From NCBI GenBank assembly GCA_035285865.1, contig JAYKHS010000011.1, forward strand, positions 32,001 to 96,000: DNA of 64,000 nucleotides. Direction: 5' to 3'. Position 1 is the stretch's first letter, and each line of letters begins with the position of its first letter. The notes below the pieces were generated by a model, which saw nothing but the letters and a program-made list of their open reading frames with translations, was not told the DNA's origin and did no database searches. A program made the position numbers and the translations under genes. Shown piece after piece: positions 1 to 9,365 of the stretch. The DNA comes from Candidatus Sericytochromatia bacterium. GTDB taxonomy: Bacteria; Cyanobacteriota; Sericytochromatia; S15B-MN24; VGJW01.

Positions 1-1129
1 TGCCTTCGCCAATCTCGCACAGCTTGGCATCGCGCATCATGCGCTCGACCGGGAAGTCGCGGGTGTAGCCGTAGCCACCGAGGACCTGAACAGCGTCCGT
101 CGTGATGCGCATGGCCGCTTCGCTGGCGAACAGCTTCGCCTGAGCCCCCGCCACCGTATGCGGCTGGCCGGCATCCTTGAGGCGGGCTGCCTGGTACACG
201 AGCAGACGTGCAGCCTCGAGCTGGACAGACATGTCGGCCAGCATGGCGCTGACCAACTGGTGCTTGCCGATGTTCTGACCGAAGGCAATGCGGTCCTTGG
301 CATAGGCCAGCGCTTCCTCGAAGGCGCCCTGCGCGATGCCCAACGCAAGCGCGCCGATGGAGATTCGTCCGCCGTCGAGGGTCTTCATGGCCTGCTTGAA
401 GCCCGTGCCCTCACGATCCAGCAACATCGAGGCCGGAATCCGGCAGTCCTGCAGGATGACCTCGCAGGTCGGCGAGCCGCGCATGCCCATCTTCTTCTCG
501 AGTTTGCCGACCGAGAAGCCCGGGGTGTCGGTCGGAACGATGAAGCTGGATACACCGTGGTTGCCCTGACTCTTGTCCGTCATGGCCATGATGATGCAGG
601 CCTCGGACCAGTTGGCATTGGTGATGAACTGCTTGGTTCCATTGAGGACGTAGTGATCGCCGTCCCGCACGGCCGTCGTCAGTTGGCGCGCGGCATCAGA
701 ACCGGCCTGCGGCTCGGTCAGGGCCCACGAACCGACACTGGTGCCGTTGCAGAGGTTCGGCACGAAACGGCGCTTCTGATCGTCGGTCCCGAAGGCCACG
801 ATGGGGCCGGTGCCGAGGGAGACGTGCGCCGCGAAGGAGAGCCCGGTCGAACCGCACACCCGACCAAGTTCCTCGACCGCGATGGCGTAGGAGAGCGTAT
901 CCGCCCCGCCACCGCCGAGTTCTTCCGCCCAGGGCAGGCCCATCAGGCCCAGCTCGGCAAGCTTGGTGAACGTCTCGCGGGGGTAGGTCTCCGTCTCGTC
1001 GATGTGCGCCGCGATCGGCTTGACCTCGCGCTCGGCGAAGGCGCGCACCATCTCCTGAAGGGCGAGATGATCCTCGCTCAGGCCGTAGGGGTTGGCGGCG
1101 GTCGGCGACACCAGCGTCGCAGGGCTCAT
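1..1129 (-). CDS. Acyl-CoA dehydrogenase (3' end runs off the window)
   Basis: Translated by hand because it is absent from the ORF track: MSPATLVSP...ALTEPQAGSD...LNGTKQFITN...KMGMRGSPT...GRISIGA...QVLGGYGYTRDFPVERMMRDAKLCEIGEG. GGAGG SD precedes the ATG at 1129. Confidence 0.95.
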   Translation of the reverse strand, partial: MSPATLVSPTAANPYGLSEDHLALQEMVRAFAEREVKPIAAHIDETETYPRETFTKLAELGLMGLPWAEELGGGGADTLSYAIAVEELGRVCGSTGLSFAAHVSLGTGPIVAFGTDDQKRRFVPNLCNGTSVGSWALTEPQAGSDAARQLTTAVRDGDHYVLNGTKQFITNANWSEACIIMAMTDKSQGNHGVSSFIVPTDTPGFSVGKLEKKMGMRGSPTCEVILQDCRIPASMLLDREGTGFKQAMKTLDGGRISIGALALGIAQGAFEEALAYAKDRIAFGQNIGKHQLVSAMLADMSVQLEAARLLVYQAARLKDAGQPHTVAGAQAKLFASEAAMRITTDAVQVLGGYGYTRDFPVERMMRDAKLCEIGEG

Positions 1130-1257
1130 CGGCAGGTCCTCCGGTAAAAAAGGCGCAAAGGCAACAGGCTCTTCATGATAGCTGCGAGGCGCGTTGCGCG
1201 TCCAACCCTGTCGGCCCTGATTGACACGTCCTCGTTCATCCTGATTCGATCAGAGCC

Positions 1258-1497
1258 ATGATTGCCGTCGACACCTTTCGCAACTATCTGATCCAGGCCT
1301 TCCCGGACGCCGATGTGCGCATCGTGGACAACCGTGGCACGCTGGACCACTTCACGCTGTTCATCGCCACGGATGCCTTCGAGGGCGTCGGGTTGCTGGA
1401 CCGGCACCGCCTCGTGCAGGCCGCACTCAAGGAGCCCATGGACGACGGCAGGATCCACGCCCTCGAGATCCGCGCCGAGACTCGTTCCGGCCGCTGA
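1258..1497 (+). CDS. bolA: BolA/IbaG family protein
   Basis: DHF...DAFEGVGLLDRHRLVQAAL...IHALEI; adjacent to a monothiol glutaredoxin. Confidence 0.9.
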   Translation: MIAVDTFRNYLIQAFPDADVRIVDNRGTLDHFTLFIATDAFEGVGLLDRHRLVQAALKEPMDDGRIHALEIRAETRSGR

Positions 1498-1526
1498 AAT
1501 CCCCTACAGCACAGGAGACAGGTTCC

Positions 1527-1907
1527 ATGCAAGACATGCCTATCGTGGGTATCCCGACAGAGTCCGGCGCCGCTGCCCCCGTGCGCGACGTCGAGGCCAT
1601 CCGCGCCGAAATCCAAGCCGAGATCGCGGCCAACCGCATCCTTGTCTACGGCAAGGGAACCATGGAACAACCGATGTGCGGCTTCACGGTCGAGACCAAG
1701 GAGTTCTTCGCGAAGTACGGCCATCCGTTCGCCATCGTCGACGTGCTGCGGGACATGGACAAGCGTCAGGTCCTGACCGAGATGACCAACTGGCGGACGC
1801 TGCCCAAGGTCTTCATCGACGGCCAGTTCTACGGTGACACGGACATCTTGGGCCCGATGGAAGAGAAGGGCGAGCTTCAGGCTTTGCTGGCGCGCGTGTT
1901 CGCCTGA
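1527..1907 (+). CDS. grxD: Monothiol glutaredoxin (Grx4/GrxD type)
   Basis: KGTMEQPMCGFT active site (CGFS-like), WRTLPKVFIDGQFYG; AGGAG SD. Confidence 0.88.
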   Translation: MQDMPIVGIPTESGAAAPVRDVEAIRAEIQAEIAANRILVYGKGTMEQPMCGFTVETKEFFAKYGHPFAIVDVLRDMDKRQVLTEMTNWRTLPKVFIDGQFYGDTDILGPMEEKGELQALLARVFA

Positions 1908-2173
1908 TCGTCGTCGGCCTCGAGCGTCTCCACCCAGTGAATGTCCCTCGGGCCTGGACCATCACCCTCGTGTGTCGTCAGCCGGACGGAGACGACTCGA
2001 TGGTTCCACGTCATCTCCGGATGATGGTCCTGCGTCATGGACTGGGCCACGATCCGCAGCACGAGTTCTACGGCCTCGGCAGCCTCAGCGAAGGTCCAGG
2101 TACGCACCAGATGTCCGTCAACCAGGCTCCAGTCCGGGTAGCGCTTGCAGAGGGCCTCGATGCCAGGGTTCAT
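1877..2173 (-). CDS. phhB: Pterin-4a-carbinolamine dehydratase
   Basis: DHHPEM and LTTHE motifs; AAGGAG SD supports ATG 2173; overlaps the grxD 3' end. Confidence 0.85.
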   Translation of the reverse strand: MNPGIEALCKRYPDWSLVDGHLVRTWTFAEAAEAVELVLRIVAQSMTQDHHPEMTWNHRVVSVRLTTHEGDGPGPRDIHWVETLEADDDQANTRASKA

Positions 2174-2220
2174 CTCACGCTCCTTGATCTTGATTTGTCC
2201 GCCCATGAACGTGTAGAGGA

Positions 2221-4041
2221 ATGGCCATGAGCAAGGAATCCGTTCCCCTGGAGCAAGGTCGTCTCTCCATCCATGCCGAGAACCTGCTGCCCATCATCAA
2301 GAAGTGGCTGTATTCGGAGAAGGAAATATTCCTTCGGGAATTGGTGGCCAACGCATTTGATGCCACGACGAAGGCTAGGCATGTGGCCCTGGTCGAAGGC
2401 CTGGGTGACCTCGGTCCCCTCGGGATCGACATCGACATCGACAAGGATGCGCGTACCGTCACCATCCGTGACGCGGGCATCGGCATGACGGCCGACGAGA
2501 TTCGCGAATACCTGACCCAGGTCGCATTCTCCGGGGCGCAGGCCTTCGCCGAGAAGTACGAAGTCCGGGGCGACGGACAAGGCATCATCGGTCACTTCGG
2601 CCTGGGGTTCTACAGTGCCTTCATGGTGGCGAGCAAGGTCGAGGTACGCTCCCGGGGGATCCTGGAGGGGGACGGGGCCGGAACCCGCTGGATCTCGGAC
2701 GGCGGGATGACCTTCGAGATGGGGCCAATGTCTCGGGCGACAAGGGGCACGGACATCATTCTTCATCTGGACGAAGAGTCCGGTGAGTATCTCGAGGAGG
2801 TCCGTCTGGCCCACCTGGTGCGTCGGTATGCCAACTACCTGCCGCTGCCTATCCGGGTCGCAGGCAAGGAGATCAACCACCAGGCCCCGCTCTGGACCCG
2901 CTCTCCGCAGAGTCTGGCGGATGAGGACTACAAGGCCTTCTATGACAAGGCTTTCCCCTTCCAGGGCGAGCCGCTATTCTGGGTCCATCTCAATACGGAC
3001 TACCCCTTCAAGCTCCAGGGCATCCTGTACTTCCCTCGGCTGCGTCACGAACTGGACGTGTCCAAGGGTGAGGTGCAGCTCTACTGCAACCAGGTCTTCG
3101 TCGCCGACCACAGCGAGGCGGTCATACCGAAGTTCCTGACCATCCTCAAGGGCATGATCGATTGCCCGGATCTGCCGCTGAACGTCTCCCGAAGCGCCCT
3201 GCAGAACGATCCGCAGGTTCGGAAGATTGCGCAGCACATCGTGCGCAAGGTCGCCGATCGGCTGGTAAGCCTGCACAAGGATGACCGGCAGGCCTTCGAG
3301 GCAGCCTGGGCCGACATCCATCCGTTCGTGAAGTTCGGGTTCATCGAGGATGACCGTTTTCACGAGGCGTGCAAGGAGGTCCTGCTGTTCCGGACGACGG
3401 ATGGTTCCTGGCTGTCGCCGACCGACTGGCTGGCCCGCTATGGGGACAAGACCCAGGGCAAGATCGTCTATGTGCTTGGCGAGGACCTGAAGGGCACCAC
3501 CCGTTCCTTGCTCGAGAGCAAGGACATTCACGCGGTTCATCTCGAGGGTCCGTTCGATGTCCACTTCATCCAGTTCCTCGAGGGCAAGCAACCGGAGCAG
3601 CGGTGGGTCCGGGCAGATGCGGTCCTTGGAGACCTGCTGGCACGCGAGAGCGATGACCCGGGCGTGGTCGATGCCAATGGCCTGACGCGTGACGATCGCA
3701 TCATGGCGCGGTTCCGCATCGCCCTTGGGGAAGCGGCCCCGGAGATGAAGGTCGTCAGCCTTGATGCAGCGGAGGTCAGTGCGCTGCTGGTCTCCGACGA
3801 GGAGGCGCGGCGCTTGCACCAGTTTGCGTCCCTCTGGGGGCAGGACGAGCGTGCGTCGGGAGACCGGACCTTGCTGCTCAATCGAGACCATCCGCTCGTG
3901 CAGCGAGCGCTGGACGCCGAGGAAGCAGCAGGTCTCGAACTCAGTCGCCACGTATACGATCTGGCCCGGCTTGCCGTGGGGGACTTGCCCCCTTATGACC
4001 TTCAGGCATTCATCCAGCGTGCCCAGGATCTGATCCGCTGA
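2221..4041 (+). CDS. htpG: Molecular chaperone HtpG (Hsp90)
   Basis: LYSEKEIFLRELVANAFDA, DAGIGM, IGHFGLGFYSAFMVA, LPLNVSRS. Confidence 0.97.
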   Translation: MAMSKESVPLEQGRLSIHAENLLPIIKKWLYSEKEIFLRELVANAFDATTKARHVALVEGLGDLGPLGIDIDIDKDARTVTIRDAGIGMTADEIREYLTQVAFSGAQAFAEKYEVRGDGQGIIGHFGLGFYSAFMVASKVEVRSRGILEGDGAGTRWISDGGMTFEMGPMSRATRGTDIILHLDEESGEYLEEVRLAHLVRRYANYLPLPIRVAGKEINHQAPLWTRSPQSLADEDYKAFYDKAFPFQGEPLFWVHLNTDYPFKLQGILYFPRLRHELDVSKGEVQLYCNQVFVADHSEAVIPKFLTILKGMIDCPDLPLNVSRSALQNDPQVRKIAQHIVRKVADRLVSLHKDDRQAFEAAWADIHPFVKFGFIEDDRFHEACKEVLLFRTTDGSWLSPTDWLARYGDKTQGKIVYVLGEDLKGTTRSLLESKDIHAVHLEGPFDVHFIQFLEGKQPEQRWVRADAVLGDLLARESDDPGVVDANGLTRDDRIMARFRIALGEAAPEMKVVSLDAAEVSALLVSDEEARRLHQFASLWGQDERASGDRTLLLNRDHPLVQRALDAEEAAGLELSRHVYDLARLAVGDLPPYDLQAFIQRAQDLIR

Positions 4042-5054
4042 TCCCACGGCTGCCGGCCTTTCGCCCTGCGCCTTGGCTATCGGGGGCCACGGCGCAGACG
4101 ATCCTGCCCGAGTTCCTGCCCCGTCGAGGCCTGCCTGATGCGGATGCGTGGGCACGGGCCAGCGAGCCTGTTTCTTTCCTTGCAGCCGACGGTGAACGAC
4201 TGAGCGGATGGTGGCACTTGCCCGGCGGCGACCGGCCCTTGGGTGTGGTGATCCACCTCCATGGTCTGGAAGCCGAGGCCGAGGCAGGGCACATGCGCGG
4301 GATCAGTCGCCTCGCGCATCACGCGGGCTTTGCCTCGCTGCGCCTTGACTGGCTGGGGTGCGGGGCTTCGGCTGCGTATGGCGGTCGGATGTACAACGCA
4401 ATCCGCTGGCAGGACATCGAGGCGGCGGTAGGCTGGGTGTCTCGCCGGCTGCCGGGTCGTCCGGTCTACCTGACCGGATTGAGCCTCGGGGGAGCCATGG
4501 CCTTGCGCTGGCTTGCCCATCTGGGAACTGCTGCACGGTTCCTGGTCCGCGGTGCCGTGACGATTTCGGCACCGATCGACCTCGGTGCGGCTGCTTCAGC
4601 GCTGGGTGACAGGAAGAATCGAGTCTACGAACGCTGGTTCCTCGCGTCGATGAAGAAGCGCCTCGCGGCGGCTGCAGCGCGGGATCCGGCCCGATGGAAG
4701 CCTTGGTCGGACAAGGGCCGCGCAGCCCGCAGCCTGGCAGAGTTCGACTCGGTGGTCACGGCTCCCATGGCGGGACAGCCCGATGCAGCAGCCTACTATG
4801 CGCGTGCGTCGGTGAAGGGCGACCTGGCCGACATCCGTGTGCCGACCGTTCTGCTGCATGCCGAGGATGATCCCTTCGTACCAGCCCCGCAAGGCCTTTC
4901 TGAACAGATCACCACCCTCATCCAGCCTGCGGGTGGGCACGGTGGATTCTGGACGGCCGGCCCCGTGGACTTCGGGCACGGCATCGTCACGGATCGGTGG
5001 GCCGAGGGAGCCGCCATCCGTATCCTGCTTGGATGGGCGGCCTCGGACACCTGA
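4038..5054 (+). CDS. YheT-like alpha/beta hydrolase
   Basis: HGLE oxyanion region, GLSLGG nucleophile elbow, AEDDPFV, GGHGGF. The frame extends upstream of the track start to FRPAPWLSGATAQTI, so the start may be CTG 4038 overlapping the htpG stop. Confidence 0.85.
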   Translation: MIPRLPAFRPAPWLSGATAQTILPEFLPRRGLPDADAWARASEPVSFLAADGERLSGWWHLPGGDRPLGVVIHLHGLEAEAEAGHMRGISRLAHHAGFASLRLDWLGCGASAAYGGRMYNAIRWQDIEAAVGWVSRRLPGRPVYLTGLSLGGAMALRWLAHLGTAARFLVRGAVTISAPIDLGAAASALGDRKNRVYERWFLASMKKRLAAAAARDPARWKPWSDKGRAARSLAEFDSVVTAPMAGQPDAAAYYARASVKGDLADIRVPTVLLHAEDDPFVPAPQGLSEQITTLIQPAGGHGGFWTAGPVDFGHGIVTDRWAEGAAIRILLGWAASDT

Positions 5055-5149
5055 ATCGGCTCCAACCGGAGCGGACAGTCAGCACTGGCCAAAGCGGATC
5101 ATCGCGGATCTCCCCGGCGGCGATAGCCTCGGGAACGGAGGTCACCCGC

Positions 5150-5977
5150 TTGGAACCCATCGCAACCATCGTGCTCGACGTGCCGGACAATCGACCGCTC
5201 GACCGCCTGCTCGAGGCCATCTATGACCAGACCGTCAAGGACGTCGATGTCCTGGTACTTTGCCCCGAGCGACGGGGAGATGGCCTTGGCAATGGCAGAG
5301 AGGCTCCCATCCGCAACCTGCACGTGGCTGGCTGGATGGGAGTGGCCGAAAGATTGAACCTGGCGGCACGGTTGGCCGCTGGCCCCATTCTCGTCACATT
5401 GGACACGGCAGTGCCCCTCTGGGAGAGGGACTGGCTGCGCCACCTGCTGGCACCCTTTCGCGACGACCGGGTGGCTGCCGTCGGTGGTTCGGATTATGAC
5501 CCCACGCGACTCTCCGTCAGGCAGCCGAATCTGCCGTTGAGCCTGAAGGAGATGGCACGCAGACCGGAGTATGGCCTGAATCGCAGCAATGCGGCCTTCA
5601 GGCGCGAACTCATCCTCGCCCGCCCCCTGCCTGCCGGTACGCGACACCATCCGGAGCGTGCGTGGTCCATGGACAGGCTCCTGGAAGGCCACCGCATCAT
5701 CATGAGTTACCGGGCGCGGATCGAACTCGGCCCGGAGGCTCCCCCTGAAGTCGCCCTTCGTGCTTGGAGCCACAAGGTCCGGGAGGTCCGGGAAGCACTG
5801 ATCACCCTGCCTGCTCCTGCGGCGCATCACGCCCGGCGCGCGGCCAGTTGGTGGAGCCTGGACGCTGCACCTTGGCTGGATGCCATCGTTCTCAGAGAGC
5901 AGTTTCTTCGACAGCGCCCCTTTCGCCAAGCTGCCCGCAGTCTGTCGCGGGAGATCGGCGTCCTGACGGAAGGCTGA
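5150..5977 (+). CDS. Glycosyltransferase family 2-like protein (divergent)
   Basis: LDRLLEAIYDQT, ERLNLAARLAAGPILVTLD, WLRHLLAPFRDDRVAAVGG, SNAAFRRE; TTG start with GGAGGT SD. Confidence 0.65.
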   Translation: MEPIATIVLDVPDNRPLDRLLEAIYDQTVKDVDVLVLCPERRGDGLGNGREAPIRNLHVAGWMGVAERLNLAARLAAGPILVTLDTAVPLWERDWLRHLLAPFRDDRVAAVGGSDYDPTRLSVRQPNLPLSLKEMARRPEYGLNRSNAAFRRELILARPLPAGTRHHPERAWSMDRLLEGHRIIMSYRARIELGPEAPPEVALRAWSHKVREVREALITLPAPAAHHARRAASWWSLDAAPWLDAIVLREQFLRQRPFRQAARSLSREIGVLTEG

Positions 5978-5978
5978 C

Positions 5979-6016
5979 TTCACAAAGTGTTTCCGTGATG
6001 TTAACCTGCCTATAAC
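5979..6016 (+). promoter_or_regulatory. 11-bp periodic repeat box (TTCAC/TTTCC/TTAAC/ATAAC)
   Basis: Pentamers start at 5979, 5990, 6001 and 6012, upstream of the Kelch lipoprotein. Confidence 0.5.
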
Positions 6017-6040
6017 AGAAGCATCCCGGAGGTTTGTCGC

Positions 6041-6985
6041 GTGCGCCTGATCGCCTTCCCGGCCCTCGTGGCCAGCGTCGTTCTCGGGGCCTGCGCCAAG
6101 GCCCCTGCACCGACGGCTGTGGGAGCGGCGACGCTTCACGCCCAGTCGAAGGGTGATTGGCTTGCCTCCCAGTTGCCTGCAGGCTTTCAAGCCGGTGTCG
6201 GCATCGGGGTGGGCAACCGTCTGGTGGTGCTTGACGCCGCGTCGTCCGCCGCACGACTCATGGCCTTGCCTTCCACCTGGAGCAAACTGGCTGCCCCCCC
6301 TGCGGGCCTGACTGACCCGATGTTGACGGTCACGCCGGCCTTCCGGGTGCTTGCCATCTCTTCCGCAGAAGGTGGGCAGGTTGCGCGTCTGGATATCGAG
6401 GCTGGGACGTGGGAAAGTCTGCCACGGCTCGAGGCCCCCAGAACGGGTGCTGCCCTCGGCTCCTATGGACATTTCGCCTATGTGGCCGGGGGCGGTCCTG
6501 AGGGCGGTGCTTCCCGACGGGTCGATGTCCTTGACCAGACGAAGCGGAAGTGGCTCGCCGGCCCTCTTCTTCCCGAGGCGCGCGGTGGGGCCGTGCTGGA
6601 GCGGGTCGGCGCCCGCATGCTGTTGGCGGGCGGACACGCCGGGAGCGGTGTCGTGGACGGGCGGTGCTGGCTGCTGGACCCGGCGACGGGCGCGTGGACG
6701 CAGACGAGCCCGATGCCGACACCCCGCAGCCGTGCAGCCGTCGTCTCCTACGGCCAGTTCCTGTTCGTCGTGGGAGGGCTCGCATCGAGCGGTCCTTCCG
6801 CCGCCATCGAGCGGTTCGATCTCGGCACGCGGTCGTGGTCCCGGCTTTCCCCATTGCCCGAGGCCCGGACCGCTCCTGTGGCTTCACGGATCGGCGAACG
6901 CGTTGTCGTCCTGGGTGGTCAGGATGCCGCCGGCAGGCCCGCCGGAACCGTCTGGACCGCACCTGTGACGGCATTCCTTCCTTGA
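6041..6985 (+). CDS. Kelch-repeat beta-propeller lipoprotein
   Basis: Lipobox LGAC; repeated YVAGG/LLAGG/FVVGG/VVLGG units with W..L..P..R spacing. Confidence 0.85.
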   Translation: MRLIAFPALVASVVLGACAKAPAPTAVGAATLHAQSKGDWLASQLPAGFQAGVGIGVGNRLVVLDAASSAARLMALPSTWSKLAAPPAGLTDPMLTVTPAFRVLAISSAEGGQVARLDIEAGTWESLPRLEAPRTGAALGSYGHFAYVAGGGPEGGASRRVDVLDQTKRKWLAGPLLPEARGGAVLERVGARMLLAGGHAGSGVVDGRCWLLDPATGAWTQTSPMPTPRSRAAVVSYGQFLFVVGGLASSGPSAAIERFDLGTRSWSRLSPLPEARTAPVASRIGERVVVLGGQDAAGRPAGTVWTAPVTAFLP

Positions 6986-7000
6986 ATCGGGACGTGATCG

Positions 7001-7030
7001 TTGCAACGGTGTGACTGGACGTGTTAGTCT
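7001..7030 (+). promoter_or_regulatory. Putative sigma70 promoter of the RRM gene
   Basis: TTGCAA(7001-7006)-N18-TAGTCT(7025-7030) with extended TG. Confidence 0.5.
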
Positions 7031-7138
7031 AGAGTACGTGTCGCACCATGACACAGGTGACGGTGGTTGCTCGGTGAAGGACGCCTCCGAACTGGTCAGG
7101 CGCTCCGTGTCCCCCAACCGACCCATCGAGGTGTCATC

Positions 7139-7420
7139 TTGTCGACCCAGTTGTTCGTGGCCAATCTGGCCTACCGCGTCAGCGATGCGGATCTTCACTC
7201 CCACTTCTCCCAGGTGGGTGAAGTCGTAAGCGCTCGCGTCGTCCTCGACCGCGAGACCCAGCGTTCGCGCGGTTTCGGCTTCGTCGAGATGGCTTCTGCC
7301 GACCTGGCTCAGGCGGCGATCAGCCAGCTTTCCGACAGCAACCTGCTCGGGCGTCCCATCTTGGTTCGGATTTCCGAGCCCAAGGGTGGTCCCCGTCCGG
7401 AGCGCGGCCCCCGCTACTAG
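7139..7420 (+). CDS. RRM-type RNA-binding protein (cyanobacterial Rbp-like)
   Basis: RNP2 LFVANL, RNP1 RGFGFVEM; TTG start with GAGGTG SD. Confidence 0.92.
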   Translation: MSTQLFVANLAYRVSDADLHSHFSQVGEVVSARVVLDRETQRSRGFGFVEMASADLAQAAISQLSDSNLLGRPILVRISEPKGGPRPERGPRY

Positions 7421-7503
7421 GCCCTGACCGGTCTGCCGACGCCTTCGGCCCGCATTCTCGGGTCGGAGGCGTCGGTGTTTGCGCCCGACTTGCGGGCAGA
7501 AAG

Positions 7504-9339
7504 GTGACAGCCATCGTGCGGCAGGTCGAGGCTTCCCTCCTGGAACCGCTTCGTTTCCACTGGGGATTCAGCGAGTTGCTGCCCCATCAGGTTCCTGCCA
7601 TGGAACCCGTTCTGGCTGGACAGGACAGCCTCGTGGTCTTGCCGACGGGCGGCGGCAAGTCTCTGTGCTATCAGTTGCCAGCAGTGGCACGGGAGCAGTT
7701 GGCCATAGTCGTGTCCCCTCTGCTGGCCCTGATGCAGGACCAGGTTGCGAACCTTCAGGTACTCGGTGTCCCGGCAGCCGCATTGAACAGCGACATGACT
7801 CCTGAGGCTCGGCGTGATGTGGCCCAGGCTGCCCGGGAGGGTCACCTGCGACTGCTCTACCTGTCTCCGGAGGCGCTCGGGAATCCCGGAATCCGGCAAT
7901 TCATCGAAAGCCTGCCGGTGGCTTACTCTGTCGTCGACGAAGCGCACTGCATCAGCCAGTGGGGCCACGACTACCGGGAATCCTACCGGGGGCTCGCGGT
8001 GCTGCGCGAACTTGCCCCGGGCAAACCCATCCACGCCTTTACGGCAACGGCGACCCCTGCCGTTTGTCAGGACATCGTCCATAGCCTTGGCCTTCGCGAA
8101 CCTGCCGTCATCATCGGCAGCCTCCATCGTCCGAACCTGACTTTTCGCGTCGCCTACCGCCACGACACGACCGCCCAGATCGAGGAGGTGCTTCGGCGCC
8201 ACCGTGGAGAAGCAGGCCTCATCTACGCTCAGACACGCAAGCAGGTGGAGCGTCTGGCCGAGGCGCTGGGCAAGCGAGGTCATCATGCGCGTGCGTACCA
8301 CGCGGGCATGGACCCGACCCTTCGCCGCCAGATCCTGCAGGATTTCCGCGAGGAGCGTCTCGACCTCGTGGTGGCGACGGTGGCCTTCGGCATGGGTATT
8401 GACCGCGCAGATGTGCGCTTCGTTATCCACGCCGGCCTGCCCAGGTCCGTCGAGCAGTATGTCCAGGAGGCCGGCAGGGCTGGCCGGGACAGACTCGATG
8501 CGGAGTGCGTCCTTCTCCATAATGCCTCGGACATCGCGACGTGGCAGCGCATGCTGACGGCTGAGGACCCTGCCTTGGCGCAACATCAGTTGGCCCAGCT
8601 CCGCACGATGATCCGCTACAGCCGGACCTTGACTTGTCGCCAGGACGTGCTTTTGCGTCACTTCGGCCAGGATCCGCCAGTGGAGGCTTGCGGGCGTTGC
8701 GATGTCTGCCTTGGGGAGCAAGCCGTCCATCCGGAAAGCACGCTGCTGGTCCAGAAGGTGCTCTCTGCCGTGGGCCGGATCAAGCCCCCGCACGGCGGCC
8801 AGATGATTGCCGACGTCCTTGTCGGCAAGCGCCATCAGGCACTCGTCGACAAGGGTTTCGATCGGCTTCCGGTCCATGGCCTGCTCCGGGAAGAGTCCGT
8901 GGAGCATGTTCGAGACTGGATCGACCAGCTGGTGGGCCATGGACTCGTCAAGGTCCACCCTGAACACGGGACCATGACGGTGGCGGCCTCAGCAGCGCTG
9001 GTGCTGGCGGGCGAGCGCGCCGTTCCCTTGGGAGTCGCAGGTCGGAGTCGGCCAACACTTGGTTCCCGGCGGCCCGACGGCCCAGCCTCGCTGGGGCCCC
9101 ACGAGCAGGAGCTCTTCATGGTGCTCAAGGCCTGGCGTCGTCAGCGCGCACAAGAGGCGGCACAGCCGGCCTACTGCATCATGAGTGATGCGTCCCTCCA
9201 GGAGATGGCCAGGCTTCGTCCAAGGTCGGAGACTGATCTCGCCCGCATCCGGGGAGTCGGCGAGCGCCGTGCTGCGCGATATGGAGCGGAGCTGCTGGAG
9301 CTGCTGCAGCGCCGCGCCGCCACGCTGCCCGCAAGTTGA
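7504..9339 (+). CDS. recQ: ATP-dependent DNA helicase RecQ
   Basis: PTGGGKS, DEAHCISQWGHDYR, QEAGRAGRD, Zn-binding RQC cysteines, C-terminal HRDC. Confidence 0.96.
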   Translation: MTAIVRQVEASLLEPLRFHWGFSELLPHQVPAMEPVLAGQDSLVVLPTGGGKSLCYQLPAVAREQLAIVVSPLLALMQDQVANLQVLGVPAAALNSDMTPEARRDVAQAAREGHLRLLYLSPEALGNPGIRQFIESLPVAYSVVDEAHCISQWGHDYRESYRGLAVLRELAPGKPIHAFTATATPAVCQDIVHSLGLREPAVIIGSLHRPNLTFRVAYRHDTTAQIEEVLRRHRGEAGLIYAQTRKQVERLAEALGKRGHHARAYHAGMDPTLRRQILQDFREERLDLVVATVAFGMGIDRADVRFVIHAGLPRSVEQYVQEAGRAGRDRLDAECVLLHNASDIATWQRMLTAEDPALAQHQLAQLRTMIRYSRTLTCRQDVLLRHFGQDPPVEACGRCDVCLGEQAVHPESTLLVQKVLSAVGRIKPPHGGQMIADVLVGKRHQALVDKGFDRLPVHGLLREESVEHVRDWIDQLVGHGLVKVHPEHGTMTVAASAALVLAGERAVPLGVAGRSRPTLGSRRPDGPASLGPHEQELFMVLKAWRRQRAQEAAQPAYCIMSDASLQEMARLRPRSETDLARIRGVGERRAARYGAELLELLQRRAATLPAS

Positions 9340-9365
9340 GGGCCTGAACGGGGCATGACTCGAGC

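Noticed and set aside
158..1147. 329-aa plus-strand ORF
   Set aside because: Antisense shadow of the acyl-CoA dehydrogenase, which the track missed because it lacks a stop in the window
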